Positions 32,986 through 42,760 are shown, numbered from the stretch's first letter. The stretch is DNA of 64,000 bases from an uncultured Gemmatimonadales bacterium (GCA_963748815.1 CAVVKJ010000010.1:832001-896000); one strand, 5' to 3'. Made by a program: numbers and translations. The notes: generated from the letters alone by a model not told the origin.

Positions 32986-34047
32986 GTGACGATTCCTCCC
33001 GTCCATGTGTCGGTCGCCGGTCGGACCGACGTCGGCCGCACTCGCGATCACAACGAGGACACCTACCTCGTCGCCGACCTCAGCACGGGGCAGCTCTGCG
33101 ACGCAACCGAGGCGCAGGTCTGCCACGTGGGGCCGCGCGGCTCCCTGTTCATGGTGGCGGACGGGATGGGCGGCGCAGCGGCCGGGGAACTCGCGAGCGC
33201 GCTGGCCGCCGAGACGATCCACCTGCACCTGATGAAGTCGTGGGCCGCGGACGCCGAGACGAGCCGGGAAAAATTCGCCTTCCGGGTCCGGGAAGCGGTC
33301 GAGGAGGCCAACCGCCGCATTCACGAGTACGCCCTCGAGCATCCCGACGTGAAGGGGATGGGGACCACGGTGACGGCGGCCGGCGTGTATGGTACCGACC
33401 TCTACCTGGCCCAGATCGGCGACAGCCGCGCCTACATGATCCGCCGCGGCGTGGCGACCCAGCTCACCAAGGACCAGTCCCTCACGCAGCGCCTGGTCGA
33501 CGCCGGCGAGATGACCGAGGAGCAGGCCGAGAAGAGCGAGCGGAAGAACATCATCCTGCAGGCGCTCGGCCCCGACCCGCAGGTGCGGGTGGACCTCACC
33601 TACGAGGAACTGCGCCGCGGCGACGTGCTCATCCTCTGCTCCGACGGGCTCAGCGGCCAGGTGCGGCGGGAGGAGTTTGCGGAGCACGCCGGCCGCATCA
33701 CCGACCTCGCGCTCCTCTGCAGCACCCTCATCGACCTCGCCAACACGCGGGGCGGCCCCGACAACATCACGGTGGTGGCGGCGCGCTTCGAGGGAGACGG
33801 GCTGCCGCTCAGCACGACCGCGCAGGAACCGGGGCACCACGTCTTCGCGTTGCCGGGCGACGAGCCGATCGAGGACGACATCCGCGTCGGCTTCAAGACC
33901 GGGGGCATCCGGATCGAGCGGCCGCTCGCGTTGCCGGCGCGTGAGGAAACGCCCCCGCCGCCGCTGCGTCCCCGGCCGCCGGTCGGCCTCATCAGCGCCG
34001 CGTTGCTCGTCGGCGCCGCCCTGCTCTACTGGCTGATCACCCGATGA
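32986..34047 (+). CDS. PP2C-family Ser/Thr phosphatase with C-terminal TM anchor
   Basis: 'TDVGRTRDHNED', 'VADGMGG', 'GMGTT', 'IGDSRAY', 'LCSDGL', 'GGPDNIT'; start codon uncertain. Confidence 0.92.
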   Translation: MTIPPVHVSVAGRTDVGRTRDHNEDTYLVADLSTGQLCDATEAQVCHVGPRGSLFMVADGMGGAAAGELASALAAETIHLHLMKSWAADAETSREKFAFRVREAVEEANRRIHEYALEHPDVKGMGTTVTAAGVYGTDLYLAQIGDSRAYMIRRGVATQLTKDQSLTQRLVDAGEMTEEQAEKSERKNIILQALGPDPQVRVDLTYEELRRGDVLILCSDGLSGQVRREEFAEHAGRITDLALLCSTLIDLANTRGGPDNITVVAARFEGDGLPLSTTAQEPGHHVFALPGDEPIEDDIRVGFKTGGIRIERPLALPAREETPPPPLRPRPPVGLISAALLVGAALLYWLITR

Positions 34048-35456
34048 CTCCGCGCCTCGCCATCCTCTCGGGCGGCCGCGCCGGCACCGTGGCGTCGATC
34101 CCCGGCACCGTCGCCAGCATCGGACGCCACCCGACCTGCCAGATTCGCCTCGACGCCGACCGCGACACCGCGGTCTCCAACCGGCACGCCGTCATCCAGC
34201 GGAAGGACGGCGTGTGGGTCGTCCGGGACCTCGGCAGCCTCCAGGGGACCTACCTCCACGGCCAGCGCATTTCCGAGGAGCAGCCGCTGAACGACGGCGA
34301 CCTGCTCCGCCTCGGCGCCGACGGCCCCGAGCTCCAGTTCCTGCTGTCGGATCGTGCGCAGGTGGCGGAGCCGAGCCGTGAGCGGGTGACGGCCCAGCCC
34401 GCCAAGCCGGCGCTGAGCACGGAGGAGCTGGAGCGGATCCTCGAGGAGGAACAGGCGGGCCAGCTGGCCCGCGACGCGGCGGCCGCGGCGCGGAAGCAAC
34501 GGCTGGTCCGGATCGTCGCCGGCGTCGTCGCCCTCGTGGCGATTGTCGTGCTCGCCCTGTTCCTCTGGCGGCGCCAGGCGGCCAAGCGCGCGGAGGAGGA
34601 GGCGCGCCTCCTGATGCTGGCCCAGGCCGACAGCATGATGGCAAGCGTCGCGGCGGTCGAGGTGGCCTCACCGTTCATGCGGACCTCGCTCGACTCGGCG
34701 CGGCAGGCCGCCAGCCGGCACCGCGCCTCGCTCGTGGAAGCCGGGCCGAACGCCCTCGCCAGCCACGCCATCATGGCGGCGCTCGACTCCGCCATCACCC
34801 GCGAGCGCGACATCGCCGCGACGGCGGAGTTCAATCCGGACGCGACGGCGGCGCCCAGCGTCGCGGCGGTGGGGCTGGTCATCGCGCTCTACGCCGACGG
34901 CAGCACCTCGCTGGCCACCGGCTTCGCCATCCGGCGGGACGGCACCGGCGGCGTGCTGCTGACCACCCGCCAGGTGGTGCGCAACGCCGATGACGAGTCA
35001 CCGGTCCAGCTCTTCGTGGTCATGCCGGGCGCCGCCCAGCCGATTGCCGCCAGGGTGCTCGCCGTCCACACGGTCGAGGACATTGCCCTGTTGCGTGTGC
35101 AGCAGCGCGGCGGCCTGCCGGTGGTCCAGGGACTCGCCTGGCGCACCCCGGCGGTGGCGGCCGGCAAGCCGGTGTCGATTGTGGGGTACCCGCCGCCGAT
35201 CGACCTCCCACCGAATAATGACTGGCGGAAGACCCCCATCGCGCCGGTCAGCGCCACGGGCACGGCGGCACGGGTGTCGGCGGGGTTCATCACCGTGGAT
35301 GCGTGGGGGTCCGTGGCGGCCGCCGGGAGCCCGATCATCGACGGCGAGGGGCTGGTGGCGGGGATGATCTCGACCGCGGCGCCCTCGGCCGGCGGCCGGC
35401 TCTACGATGCGGTGCCGGTGGAGTTTGCGCTGGAGTTGTTGGACCAATTGCAATAA
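34044..35456 (+). CDS. FHA domain - TM - trypsin-like (probably inactive) protease domain
   Basis: FHA 'IGRHP..VSNRHA..DLGSLQGTY'; trypsin-fold motifs 'ATGFAI', 'LLTTRQVV', 'EDIALL', 'AAAGSPIIDGEGLVAGM'; start overlaps the PP2C stop (ATGA). Confidence 0.8.
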   Translation: MTPRLAILSGGRAGTVASIPGTVASIGRHPTCQIRLDADRDTAVSNRHAVIQRKDGVWVVRDLGSLQGTYLHGQRISEEQPLNDGDLLRLGADGPELQFLLSDRAQVAEPSRERVTAQPAKPALSTEELERILEEEQAGQLARDAAAAARKQRLVRIVAGVVALVAIVVLALFLWRRQAAKRAEEEARLLMLAQADSMMASVAAVEVASPFMRTSLDSARQAASRHRASLVEAGPNALASHAIMAALDSAITRERDIAATAEFNPDATAAPSVAAVGLVIALYADGSTSLATGFAIRRDGTGGVLLTTRQVVRNADDESPVQLFVVMPGAAQPIAARVLAVHTVEDIALLRVQQRGGLPVVQGLAWRTPAVAAGKPVSIVGYPPPIDLPPNNDWRKTPIAPVSATGTAARVSAGFITVDAWGSVAAAGSPIIDGEGLVAGMISTAAPSAGGRLYDAVPVEFALELLDQLQ

Positions 35457-35678
35457 GGCGGGGAAGCGGGGAAGCGGGGAAGCGGGGCAGGAATATCAAT
35501 CGGCCGTCACCCCGGCGAAAGCCGGGGTCCAGTGAATATCAATCGGCTGTCACCCCGGCGAAAGCCGGGGTCCAGTGAATATCAATCGGCTGTCACCCCG
35601 GCGAAAGCCGGGGTCCAGTGTCTGGCCCCAGCTGGATCCCCGCTTTCGCGGGGATGACAGTCCTCAGTCCTCAGTCCT
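35457..35678. repeat. (GCGGGGAA)n, three 43-bp tandem units each containing a family A REP, an inverse REP and (CTCAGTC)n
   Basis: Units start at 35491, 35534 and 35577 with near-identical linkers 'gaatatcaatcggcY'. Confidence 0.9.
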
Positions 35679-35680
35679 TC

Positions 35681-37318
35681 TCAGGTAGCGAGCAGGACCC
35701 AGCCAATCAGCAGCGTTCCTCCCAAAATCGCGACCGACCACGCCAGCCATTTCCGCGCATCGCGCACGCCGTCGTCGAGGGCGGTGAGGTTCGTCCGCAG
35801 GCGCACCGGGCCCCATGCGCCGGCGGGGCGGACCCGGGCGTAGAAGGCGTCGAGCGTCGCCGTCGATTCCGGCGACGTCAGGAACATCACCGGCACCCAG
35901 ACCGCCATGGAACCGAACGCCGAAAGCATCAGCCGCTGGCCGAAGGTGAAGGAGGCGAAGGCGCTGGTTGAGCCGAGGATGGCCAGGAGCAACCCGGCCG
36001 CCATCGCGGCGATTTCCGCCCAGGCGTTGATCCGCCACCAGAACCACCGCAGGAGCAGCACCAGGCCGGGGCCGGTGCCGATCAGGATGATGAACCGGAA
36101 GACGCCGCCCACACTGTCCATGAAGAACGACACCACCGCCGCGAGCGCCGCGAGGAGTACCGACGCCCACCGCGCGGCCCGCATCAGCCGCGCCTCGTCC
36201 TGCTGGCCGCTGAACCGCGCATAGAGGTCGTTGACCACGTAGCTCGCGCCCCAGTTTACCTGGGTGGACACGGTGGACATGAACGCCGCGAGGAGGCTCG
36301 CGAAGACCAACCCCAGCACGCCGGTCGGGAGGTAGCGCACCATCATGATCGGATACGCCAGCTCCGGATCGGCCAGCTGCGGCAGCACCACCAGCGCGGC
36401 GAGCCCCACCAGCACCCACGGCCAGGTCCGGACCACGTAGTTGAGGATGTTGAAGAGGTGCGCCGCCTTGGTCGCCTCCTTCTCGTTGGCGGTGGAGGAG
36501 AGCCGCTGCACGAACATTCCCCCGCCGTCGCTGTTCCGGAACGCCCACCACTGGACGAAGATGTACCCGAGGAAGGTGCTGATCGGGAGCGTCGCGTCCT
36601 CGCCGGTGGGGAGGAGCTTCAGCTTGTCGCCCTGGCCGCTCTCCCGCAGCGCCGCGGTCAGCCCGGAGAGGCCGCCGACCTCGCCAAGGGCGTAGAACAT
36701 CACCGCAAACGCGCCGGCCATCGCGAGGATGTACTGGACGAAGTCGGTCGCCACCACCCCCCAGAGGCCGGAGGCCGCGGTATAAATCACGACGATGACG
36801 AGAATCGGGAGGATGGCCCAGAGCCGTTCGTCTCCGGGAAGATTCGGGAGCGCATCGAAGACGCCGAGCGCGACGATCATCTTCCGCATCGCCAGCATGC
36901 CATAGCCGATACTGAGGCAATTGAACGGGACGGCAATCAAGAAGGCGCGGAAGGCGCGGAGCCCGGCGGCGGGGCGGCCACCGTACCGGATTTCCGTCAG
37001 CTCCACGTCGGTCAGCACCTTGGCCCGGCGCCAGAGCTTGGCCAGCACCACCGCCACCAGCACGTGGCTCAGCGCAAAGGCCCACCACTCCCAGTTGCCG
37101 GCCACGCCGTCCTTGGCCACGCGGCCCGCCACGTAGAGCGGGGTGTCCACGTTGAAGGTGGTGGCGGCCATCGACGTGGCGGCCAGCCACCAGGGAATGG
37201 CCCGGCCGCCGACGAAGAACTCCGTCAGGCTCCTCGCGCCGCGCCGCGCCACCCAGAGCCCCAGCACCAGCGTCCCGGCCAGGTACGCGACCACCACCCC
37301 CCAGTCGAGCGCTCTCAA
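35681..37318 (-). CDS. Sodium:solute symporter (SSS family)
   Basis: About 13 TM helices; 'FFVGGRAIPWWLAATSMAATTFNVDTP', 'LLAAFMSTVSTQVNWGASY'. Confidence 0.92.
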   Translation of the reverse strand: MRALDWGVVVAYLAGTLVLGLWVARRGARSLTEFFVGGRAIPWWLAATSMAATTFNVDTPLYVAGRVAKDGVAGNWEWWAFALSHVLVAVVLAKLWRRAKVLTDVELTEIRYGGRPAAGLRAFRAFLIAVPFNCLSIGYGMLAMRKMIVALGVFDALPNLPGDERLWAILPILVIVVIYTAASGLWGVVATDFVQYILAMAGAFAVMFYALGEVGGLSGLTAALRESGQGDKLKLLPTGEDATLPISTFLGYIFVQWWAFRNSDGGGMFVQRLSSTANEKEATKAAHLFNILNYVVRTWPWVLVGLAALVVLPQLADPELAYPIMMVRYLPTGVLGLVFASLLAAFMSTVSTQVNWGASYVVNDLYARFSGQQDEARLMRAARWASVLLAALAAVVSFFMDSVGGVFRFIILIGTGPGLVLLLRWFWWRINAWAEIAAMAAGLLLAILGSTSAFASFTFGQRLMLSAFGSMAVWVPVMFLTSPESTATLDAFYARVRPAGAWGPVRLRTNLTALDDGVRDARKWLAWSVAILGGTLLIGWVLLAT

Positions 37319-38853
37319 CCGAGGCGCCTCGCCAGCCAGCGGGCCACCGCCTCCTGCATCAGCCGCTGGCGGTGCCAGGCCACCAGCACCGGGGCGTCAC
37401 CCGGCACTTCCGCCGCCAGTCGCGGGTGGCCGAAGACAATCACCGCATCGGCATCGGCATGCTGCCTGAGCGCCGCCAGCGATTGCGGGCCGAAGCCCGC
37501 GCGCCCCTTCGACGCCCTCGGCTCCGCAAATGCGAGCACCACCCTGCTCCCGCCCCGGTCCACCGCCACGCCCGCCCCCCGCAACGCCATCTCGACGTAC
37601 TCGGTCGAGGAGGCCGGCCACGCCCCGCCGAGGTCGTCGTCCACGATGACGAGTTCGATGGGCATCCGGAGAGAGGAGATGGATCCGCGTACCGCTCCAC
37701 GTGCCAGCAATCGATCGGCGATCGCGGTGGACTGCCCCCCTGCCACCTCATCCCCCAACCCCCTCTCCACCATGTGGAGAGGGGGAGGACCATCCGGGCG
37801 TTCCCCCTCTCCAGTTGCTGGAGAGGGGGACAGGGGGTGAGGTGATATGGACGAGGGGGACAGGGGGTGAGGCGAAATCGGAGCGCGGATTGGGAGGTGA
37901 GGCAAGGAAGCGAGTGCCGCTCCATACCGCCCGAGGGCGTCGTCGATCCGTGCCGCGGACAGGCTGCCGCTCTGCACCGCCTCCCTGATCGCCTCGTAGG
38001 CGGCCTGCGGGTCCGCCGGATAGCAGAGGAGGTCGCAGCCCGCGGCCAGCGCCCGCACCGATGGATTGCTGGCGGCCTCCTGCACGGCGGCCCCCATCAT
38101 CAGCGCATCGGTCACGATCAGCCCCTGGAATCCGAGTTCTGCACGGAGAAACCGGAGGATCGGTTCGGAAAAGGTGGCGGGGGTGCCGCTCGGGTCGAGC
38201 GCCGGCACCCGCAGGTGCCCCGTCATGACCGTGGCGACGCCGGCGAGGACGCCCATGCGGAAGGGAACGAGGTCCGTGGCTTCCAGGCGCTCCCGGTCGG
38301 CCTCGACGGTGGGCACTTCGTCGTGGCTGTCGCGCGTGGTGCGGCCATGTCCCGGAAAGTGCTTGATGGTGGCGAGGGCGCCCGCCTCCTGACAGGCCTG
38401 GACCCAGAGCGCCACGGCCACCCCAACCGACTTCGGGTCGCTTCCGAAGGAGCGCGTCTGAACGATCGGATTGGCGGGTTCGATGTCGAGGTCGGCGTCG
38501 GGCGCCATGACCCAGTTGATGCCCAGGTCCAGCGCCTCGCGGGCGGTGGTGGACGCGGCCAGGCGAATGACGTCGGGATCGTCGAGGGAGGCGAGCGCCG
38601 CCGGCGGGGGAAATTCCGTGAGGCCGGGGAACTGCTGCCCCGCCCCGCGCTCCAGGTCCGCCGCGATGAGCAGCGGCCGGCCCGCGCGCGCGCGCAGGTC
38701 GGTCGTCAGCGCCCGCACGGCATCGGGGCGTCCACCGAAGATGATGAATCCACCCGCCCCGAACGCCAGCGCCGAGGCGATGGTGTCGGCCTCGTGGTCG
38801 AACCCGGAGTCATCCCGCCAGCGGAGCGCGGGGAGGATCAGGCGGCCGTGCAT
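37315..38853 (-). CDS. nagZ: GH3 beta-N-acetylhexosaminidase (NagZ-like)
   Basis: 'IAADLERG', 'KHFPGHGRTTRDSH', 'VMTGH', 'LIVTDALMM'; translationally coupled to anmK and the SSS gene. Confidence 0.85.
   Translation of the reverse strand: MHGRLILPALRWRDDSGFDHEADTIASALAFGAGGFIIFGGRPDAVRALTTDLRARAGRPLLIAADLERGAGQQFPGLTEFPPPAALASLDDPDVIRLAASTTAREALDLGINWVMAPDADLDIEPANPIVQTRSFGSDPKSVGVAVALWVQACQEAGALATIKHFPGHGRTTRDSHDEVPTVEADRERLEATDLVPFRMGVLAGVATVMTGHLRVPALDPSGTPATFSEPILRFLRAELGFQGLIVTDALMMGAAVQEAASNPSVRALAAGCDLLCYPADPQAAYEAIREAVQSGSLSAARIDDALGRYGAALASLPHLPIRAPISPHPLSPSSISPHPLSPSPATGEGERPDGPPPLHMVERGLGDEVAGGQSTAIADRLLARGAVRGSISSLRMPIELVIVDDDLGGAWPASSTEYVEMALRGAGVAVDRGGSRVVLAFAEPRASKGRAGFGPQSLAALRQHADADAVIVFGHPRLAAEVPGDAPVLVAWHRQRLMQEAVARWLARRLG
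37744..37872. repeat. Family B palindromic repeats (two full, one partial) inside the nagZ coding frame
   Basis: cacctcatcccccaaccccctctccaccatgtggagaggggg; ttccccctctccagttgctggagagggggacagggggtgaggtg; gagggggacagggggtgagg. Confidence 0.85.
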
Positions 38854-39956
38854 CAGGGAGGGGTGATCGAGCCGAGCACCCGCGCCCCGCGGGCGCCGGT
38901 GGCGGCGGGGAGGTTGCCGGGCTGGCCGTGCAGCGTGAGGTAGCCGAGCAGCGCGAAGGCGACCGCCTCCTTGGCGTCGCCGTCGAAGAAGATCGAGTCG
39001 AATCGCAGGACGGCCACCGGAGCCAGCAACTCCGTGAGCGCCCGCATCAGGCCGGGGTGATGCACCCCACCGCCGGAGACCACGACCTCCCGGGCGCCCG
39101 GGGCCCATCGCGTGATGGCGCCCACCACGCTCCGCGCCGTGAGGGCGACCGCGGTGGCCACACCGTCGGGTCCTGGGAGCCGCGCATGCAGCGCGCCGGC
39201 GTAGGCGTCGCCAAAGAGCTCGCGCCCGGTGCTCTTGGGAGGTGCGCCAGCGAAGTAGGGATTGGCGAGCAGGTCGACGAGCACCGCCTCGTGCACCCGG
39301 CCGACGGCCGACAGCTTCCCGTCGAGATCGCAGGTGAGCGAGGCGTCGACGCGGTGCGCCATCGCGTCGATGATCGCCATCCCCGGGCCGGTGTCGAAGG
39401 CGATTGCACCCACCTCGCTTCCCCCCTTCGGCACCAGCGTGATGTTCGCCATCCCGCCGAGGTTGAGGAGTACCCGGTCCCGCTCCGCATCGGCAAAGAG
39501 CAGGACGTCCGCCATCGGCACCAGCGGCGCCCCCTGCCCTCCCGCCGCCACGTCCCGCGCCCGGAACCCGCTCACCACCCGTACCCCGAACATCTCGGCG
39601 ACCACCGCCGGCTCCCCCAGCTGCCAGCTCACGATCGGCGGTTCGTGCCAGATGGTCTGCCCGGGGAAGGCGATTCCGTCGATTTCGTCGGCCCGCTTCC
39701 CGCCCGCGTGCAGCACGGCCTGGACCGCCTCCGCGGCCCACTCGGCAATCCGCACATGCAGGCGGGCCAGCGCAGGGGCCGCGGCGCGGCCCTCCAGCGC
39801 CGCCCGCATCTCCGAACGCTCCTCCGTGTCGTAGGGGCGCGTGGCGAACGCCAGCAGCTCGGCGTGGGTCGGCCCGGTAAACCGCACCAGCGCCGCGTCC
39901 ATGCCATCGAGCGAGGTGCCCGACATCAAGCCGACAATCAGCGACGGGCGTTCCAT
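38853..39956 (-). CDS. anmK: Anhydro-N-acetylmuramic acid kinase
   Basis: 'VGLMSGTSLDGMD', 'GQTIWH', 'DVAAGGQGAPLVP', 'NLGGMAN', 'FDTGPG', 'PPKSTGRELF', 'KEAVAFA'. Confidence 0.95.
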   Translation of the reverse strand: MERPSLIVGLMSGTSLDGMDAALVRFTGPTHAELLAFATRPYDTEERSEMRAALEGRAAAPALARLHVRIAEWAAEAVQAVLHAGGKRADEIDGIAFPGQTIWHEPPIVSWQLGEPAVVAEMFGVRVVSGFRARDVAAGGQGAPLVPMADVLLFADAERDRVLLNLGGMANITLVPKGGSEVGAIAFDTGPGMAIIDAMAHRVDASLTCDLDGKLSAVGRVHEAVLVDLLANPYFAGAPPKSTGRELFGDAYAGALHARLPGPDGVATAVALTARSVVGAITRWAPGAREVVVSGGGVHHPGLMRALTELLAPVAVLRFDSIFFDGDAKEAVAFALLGYLTLHGQPGNLPAATGARGARVLGSITPP

Positions 39957-40870
39957 CAGGCGGGATCCACCGGTGGAGGGTTTCCCAAGATCGGCCGGAG
40001 CCGCCCCTGCGACGCCGCGATTCGGGCCTCGGCGGCGGGGCGATCCGTGCCGGTGCGGACCATCACGATGGCGGTGCGGACACTCCCGCCCGCGGCCTCG
40101 AGCGCCGCGCGCGCTGCGCTCCGGTCGACACCGGTCACCTCCATGACGATCCGCTCGCCGCGGTCGGCCAGCTTCTGGTTCCGCACCTGGAGGTCCACCA
40201 TCAGGTTGCCGTAAGTCTTGCCGAGCCGGATCATGGCGCCGGTGGTGAGGAGGTTGAGCACCAGCTTGGTGGCGGTGCCCGATTTCATCCGCGTGGAGCC
40301 CGTCACCACTTCCGGCCCGACCGGCACGGTGATGCACACATCGCACTGCTCCAGCATTTCCGGCGGTGGCGCGGTGCAGCTGAGGAAGGCGGTGCGGGCG
40401 CCCAGCTCCCGGGCACGGTCCAGGGCCGCGCGCACGAACGGCGTGGTGCCGCTGGCGGCGATGCCGACCACGACGTCGTGCGGGCCGACCTCGCGCTCGT
40501 CGATCGCGCCCGCGGCCGCTGCCAGGTCGTCCTCCGCCCCCTCGACCGACCGCACCAGCGCCTCCGCACCGCCGGCGATGATTCCCTGCACCATCTCCGG
40601 CGGCGACCCGAAGGTGGGGGGACATTCGGAGGCGTCCAGCACACCGAGCCGGCCGCTGGTGCCGGCGCCCACGTAGAAGAGCCGCCCTCCGGCGCGGAAG
40701 GCGGCTTCGATCAGGTCGATGGTCCGGGCAATCGGTTCGCGCGCGGCCGCGACCGCGGCCGGCACGGTGGCGTCCTCCGTCGACACCAGGTCCACGATCT
40801 GGAGGCTGCTCAGCGTGTCGATGTCGGCTGTCCGCGGGTTTCTCCGCTCGGTGAGCCTGGGGTCACGCAC
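39956..40870 (-). CDS. murQ: N-acetylmuramic acid 6-phosphate etherase
   Basis: 'TERRNP', 'GAGTSGRLGVLDASECPPTF', 'GIAASGTTP', 'GPEVVTGSTRMKSGTATK', 'GNLMVD'. Confidence 0.96.
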   Translation of the reverse strand: MRDPRLTERRNPRTADIDTLSSLQIVDLVSTEDATVPAAVAAAREPIARTIDLIEAAFRAGGRLFYVGAGTSGRLGVLDASECPPTFGSPPEMVQGIIAGGAEALVRSVEGAEDDLAAAAGAIDEREVGPHDVVVGIAASGTTPFVRAALDRARELGARTAFLSCTAPPPEMLEQCDVCITVPVGPEVVTGSTRMKSGTATKLVLNLLTTGAMIRLGKTYGNLMVDLQVRNQKLADRGERIVMEVTGVDRSAARAALEAAGGSVRTAIVMVRTGTDRPAAEARIAASQGRLRPILGNPPPVDPA

Positions 40871-40991
40871 GGGGGCACCTGGGCCGGGGAAAGGGGAGGC
40901 GGGCTTGCGACGCGAGAGATATCGCTAAATTAGGGCATCAAATCGTCCGGGGGCAACCTCCACCCCCGCTCCCCTCCCAACGAGGATTTCC

Positions 40992-42698
40992 GTGCACCTT
41001 CGCCACGCCGCCCTCGCGCTGTTGATTGCCCTGCCCGCCTGCGCCGGTCCCCAGCCTTCGGGCGTCGCCGAGGGGTGGAGGTTTGCGGGCCAGGCCCGCG
41101 TGACCGACGCGGCCAACGCCGTCGTCGTGTCCGGCAGCCCGATCGCCAGCCAGGTCGGACGGGACATCCTGCAGGCCGGCGGCAACGCGATCGACGCCGC
41201 GGTGGCGGTCGGATTCGCGCTGGCGGTGGTCCATCCCGAGGCCGGCAACATCGGCGGAGGCGGCTTCCTGATGTACCGGGAGGCCGGCGGCGCCGTGTAT
41301 TCGCTCGACTACCGCGAGGAGGCCCCCTCGGGCGCCAGTCGCGACATGTACCTCGAACCCGATGGCGACGTGTCCGACCTCAGCGTCACCGGCGCACTGG
41401 CCGCGGCCGTGCCCGGATCACCGGCAGGGCTGGTCGAAATGCACCGGCGGTTCGGGAAGCTGCCGTTTGCGCAGGTGATCAACCCCGCCATCCAGCTGGC
41501 CAACGAGGGGTACGTGGTCGACGACTACCGCCGCGAGTCGATCGGTGACGAGATGTCGCGGCTCTATCTCTTCCCGGCCTCCCGCGCGCAGTTCCTGCCC
41601 AACAACCAGCCGCCGGTCGTCGGCAGCACGCTGGTGCAGCAGGATCTGGGCAGGACGCTGGAGCGGATTCGCGACAAGGGAGCGGCCGGGTTCTACACCG
41701 GACCGACCGCCGACCTGATCGTGGCCGAGATGGAGCGGAGCGGCGGGATCATCAGCCACGCCGACCTCGCCGCCTACAAGACGTACTGGCGCGAGCCGAT
41801 CGTGATTCCCTATCGCGGCGACACCATCTACTCGATGCCGCCGGCCAGTTCGGGCGGCACCACGATGGGGATGATCCTGAACATGATGGAGGGGACCACG
41901 CCCCTTCCACCCTTTGGTTCGGCGGCCCTCATGCATCTCGAGGCCGAGGTCATGAGCCGGGCCTTCATGGACCGGAACGCCTACATGGGCGACCCCGGGT
42001 TCGTGCACAATCCGGTCGACCAGATGCTGTCGCAGAGCTACGCCGACGAGCGGCGCGCCACGATCGACCCGAAGCACGCGTCGAAGACCGGCGAGGTGCT
42101 GCCGGGCCTGAAGGACGGGCCGTCCACCACCCACTACTCCATCGTGGATGCGGACGGCAACGCGGTGAGCATCACCACCACGCTCAACAACAGCTACGGC
42201 AGCGCCGTGACGGTGACCGGCGCCGGATTCCTGCTCAACGACGAGATGGACGACCTGGCGAGCGCCCCCGGCAAGCCGAACATGTACGGGCTGGTCCAGG
42301 GCGACTCCAACGCGATCCAGCCAGGGAAGCGGCCCCTCTCGGCGATGACGCCGAGCTTCGTCGTGGCGGACGACGGACAGCTGATGATGGTCGTGGGCAC
42401 CCCGGGCGGCCCGCGGATCATCACGATGGTCTATCACGTGATCAGCAATGTGCTGGACCACCAGATGTCGCTCTCCGACGCGGTGACGGCGCCACGGCTC
42501 CACCATCAGGGACTGCCGAACAGCATCCGGATCGAGCGGGGCGGATTTTCACCCGCTGTCATCGCCCAGCTCGAGAAGATGGGGCACGAGGTGAACGAGG
42601 GGGGCTACACCGGTGACGTCGAGGCGATCATCCGCACCCCCACCGGGTGGCAGGGGGTGAGCGATCCGCGGCTGGGAGGGGGAGGGGCCGGTTACTAG
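40992..42698 (+). CDS. ggt: Gamma-glutamyltransferase
   Basis: 'GGNAIDAAVA', 'GNIGGGGF', 'DYREEAP', nucleophile 'TTHYSIVD', 'LNDEMDD', 'KRPLSAMTP', 'GTPGG'. Confidence 0.95.
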   Translation: MHLRHAALALLIALPACAGPQPSGVAEGWRFAGQARVTDAANAVVVSGSPIASQVGRDILQAGGNAIDAAVAVGFALAVVHPEAGNIGGGGFLMYREAGGAVYSLDYREEAPSGASRDMYLEPDGDVSDLSVTGALAAAVPGSPAGLVEMHRRFGKLPFAQVINPAIQLANEGYVVDDYRRESIGDEMSRLYLFPASRAQFLPNNQPPVVGSTLVQQDLGRTLERIRDKGAAGFYTGPTADLIVAEMERSGGIISHADLAAYKTYWREPIVIPYRGDTIYSMPPASSGGTTMGMILNMMEGTTPLPPFGSAALMHLEAEVMSRAFMDRNAYMGDPGFVHNPVDQMLSQSYADERRATIDPKHASKTGEVLPGLKDGPSTTHYSIVDADGNAVSITTTLNNSYGSAVTVTGAGFLLNDEMDDLASAPGKPNMYGLVQGDSNAIQPGKRPLSAMTPSFVVADDGQLMMVVGTPGGPRIITMVYHVISNVLDHQMSLSDAVTAPRLHHQGLPNSIRIERGGFSPAVIAQLEKMGHEVNEGGYTGDVEAIIRTPTGWQGVSDPRLGGGGAGY

Positions 42699-42760
42699 GC
42701 GGGGAAGCAACCTGGCGGGGACGCGGGGAAGTGGCCCTCCCCGCATCCCCGCTTTCCCGC
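42699..42760. repeat. Opposed GCGGGGAA-type tracts between convergent genes
   Basis: ggcggggaagc...ggcggggacgcggggaag followed by ctccccgcatccccgctttcccgcc. Confidence 0.7.

Noticed and set aside
32800..33840. N-terminal extension of the amidase in the 1005-aa ORF call
   Set aside because: It overlaps the PP2C gene on the other strand; the signal peptide begins at 32799.
35491..35620. Possible CRISPR array
   Set aside because: The spacers are essentially identical and short, the repeat is the dispersed REP family A, and no cas genes are present.
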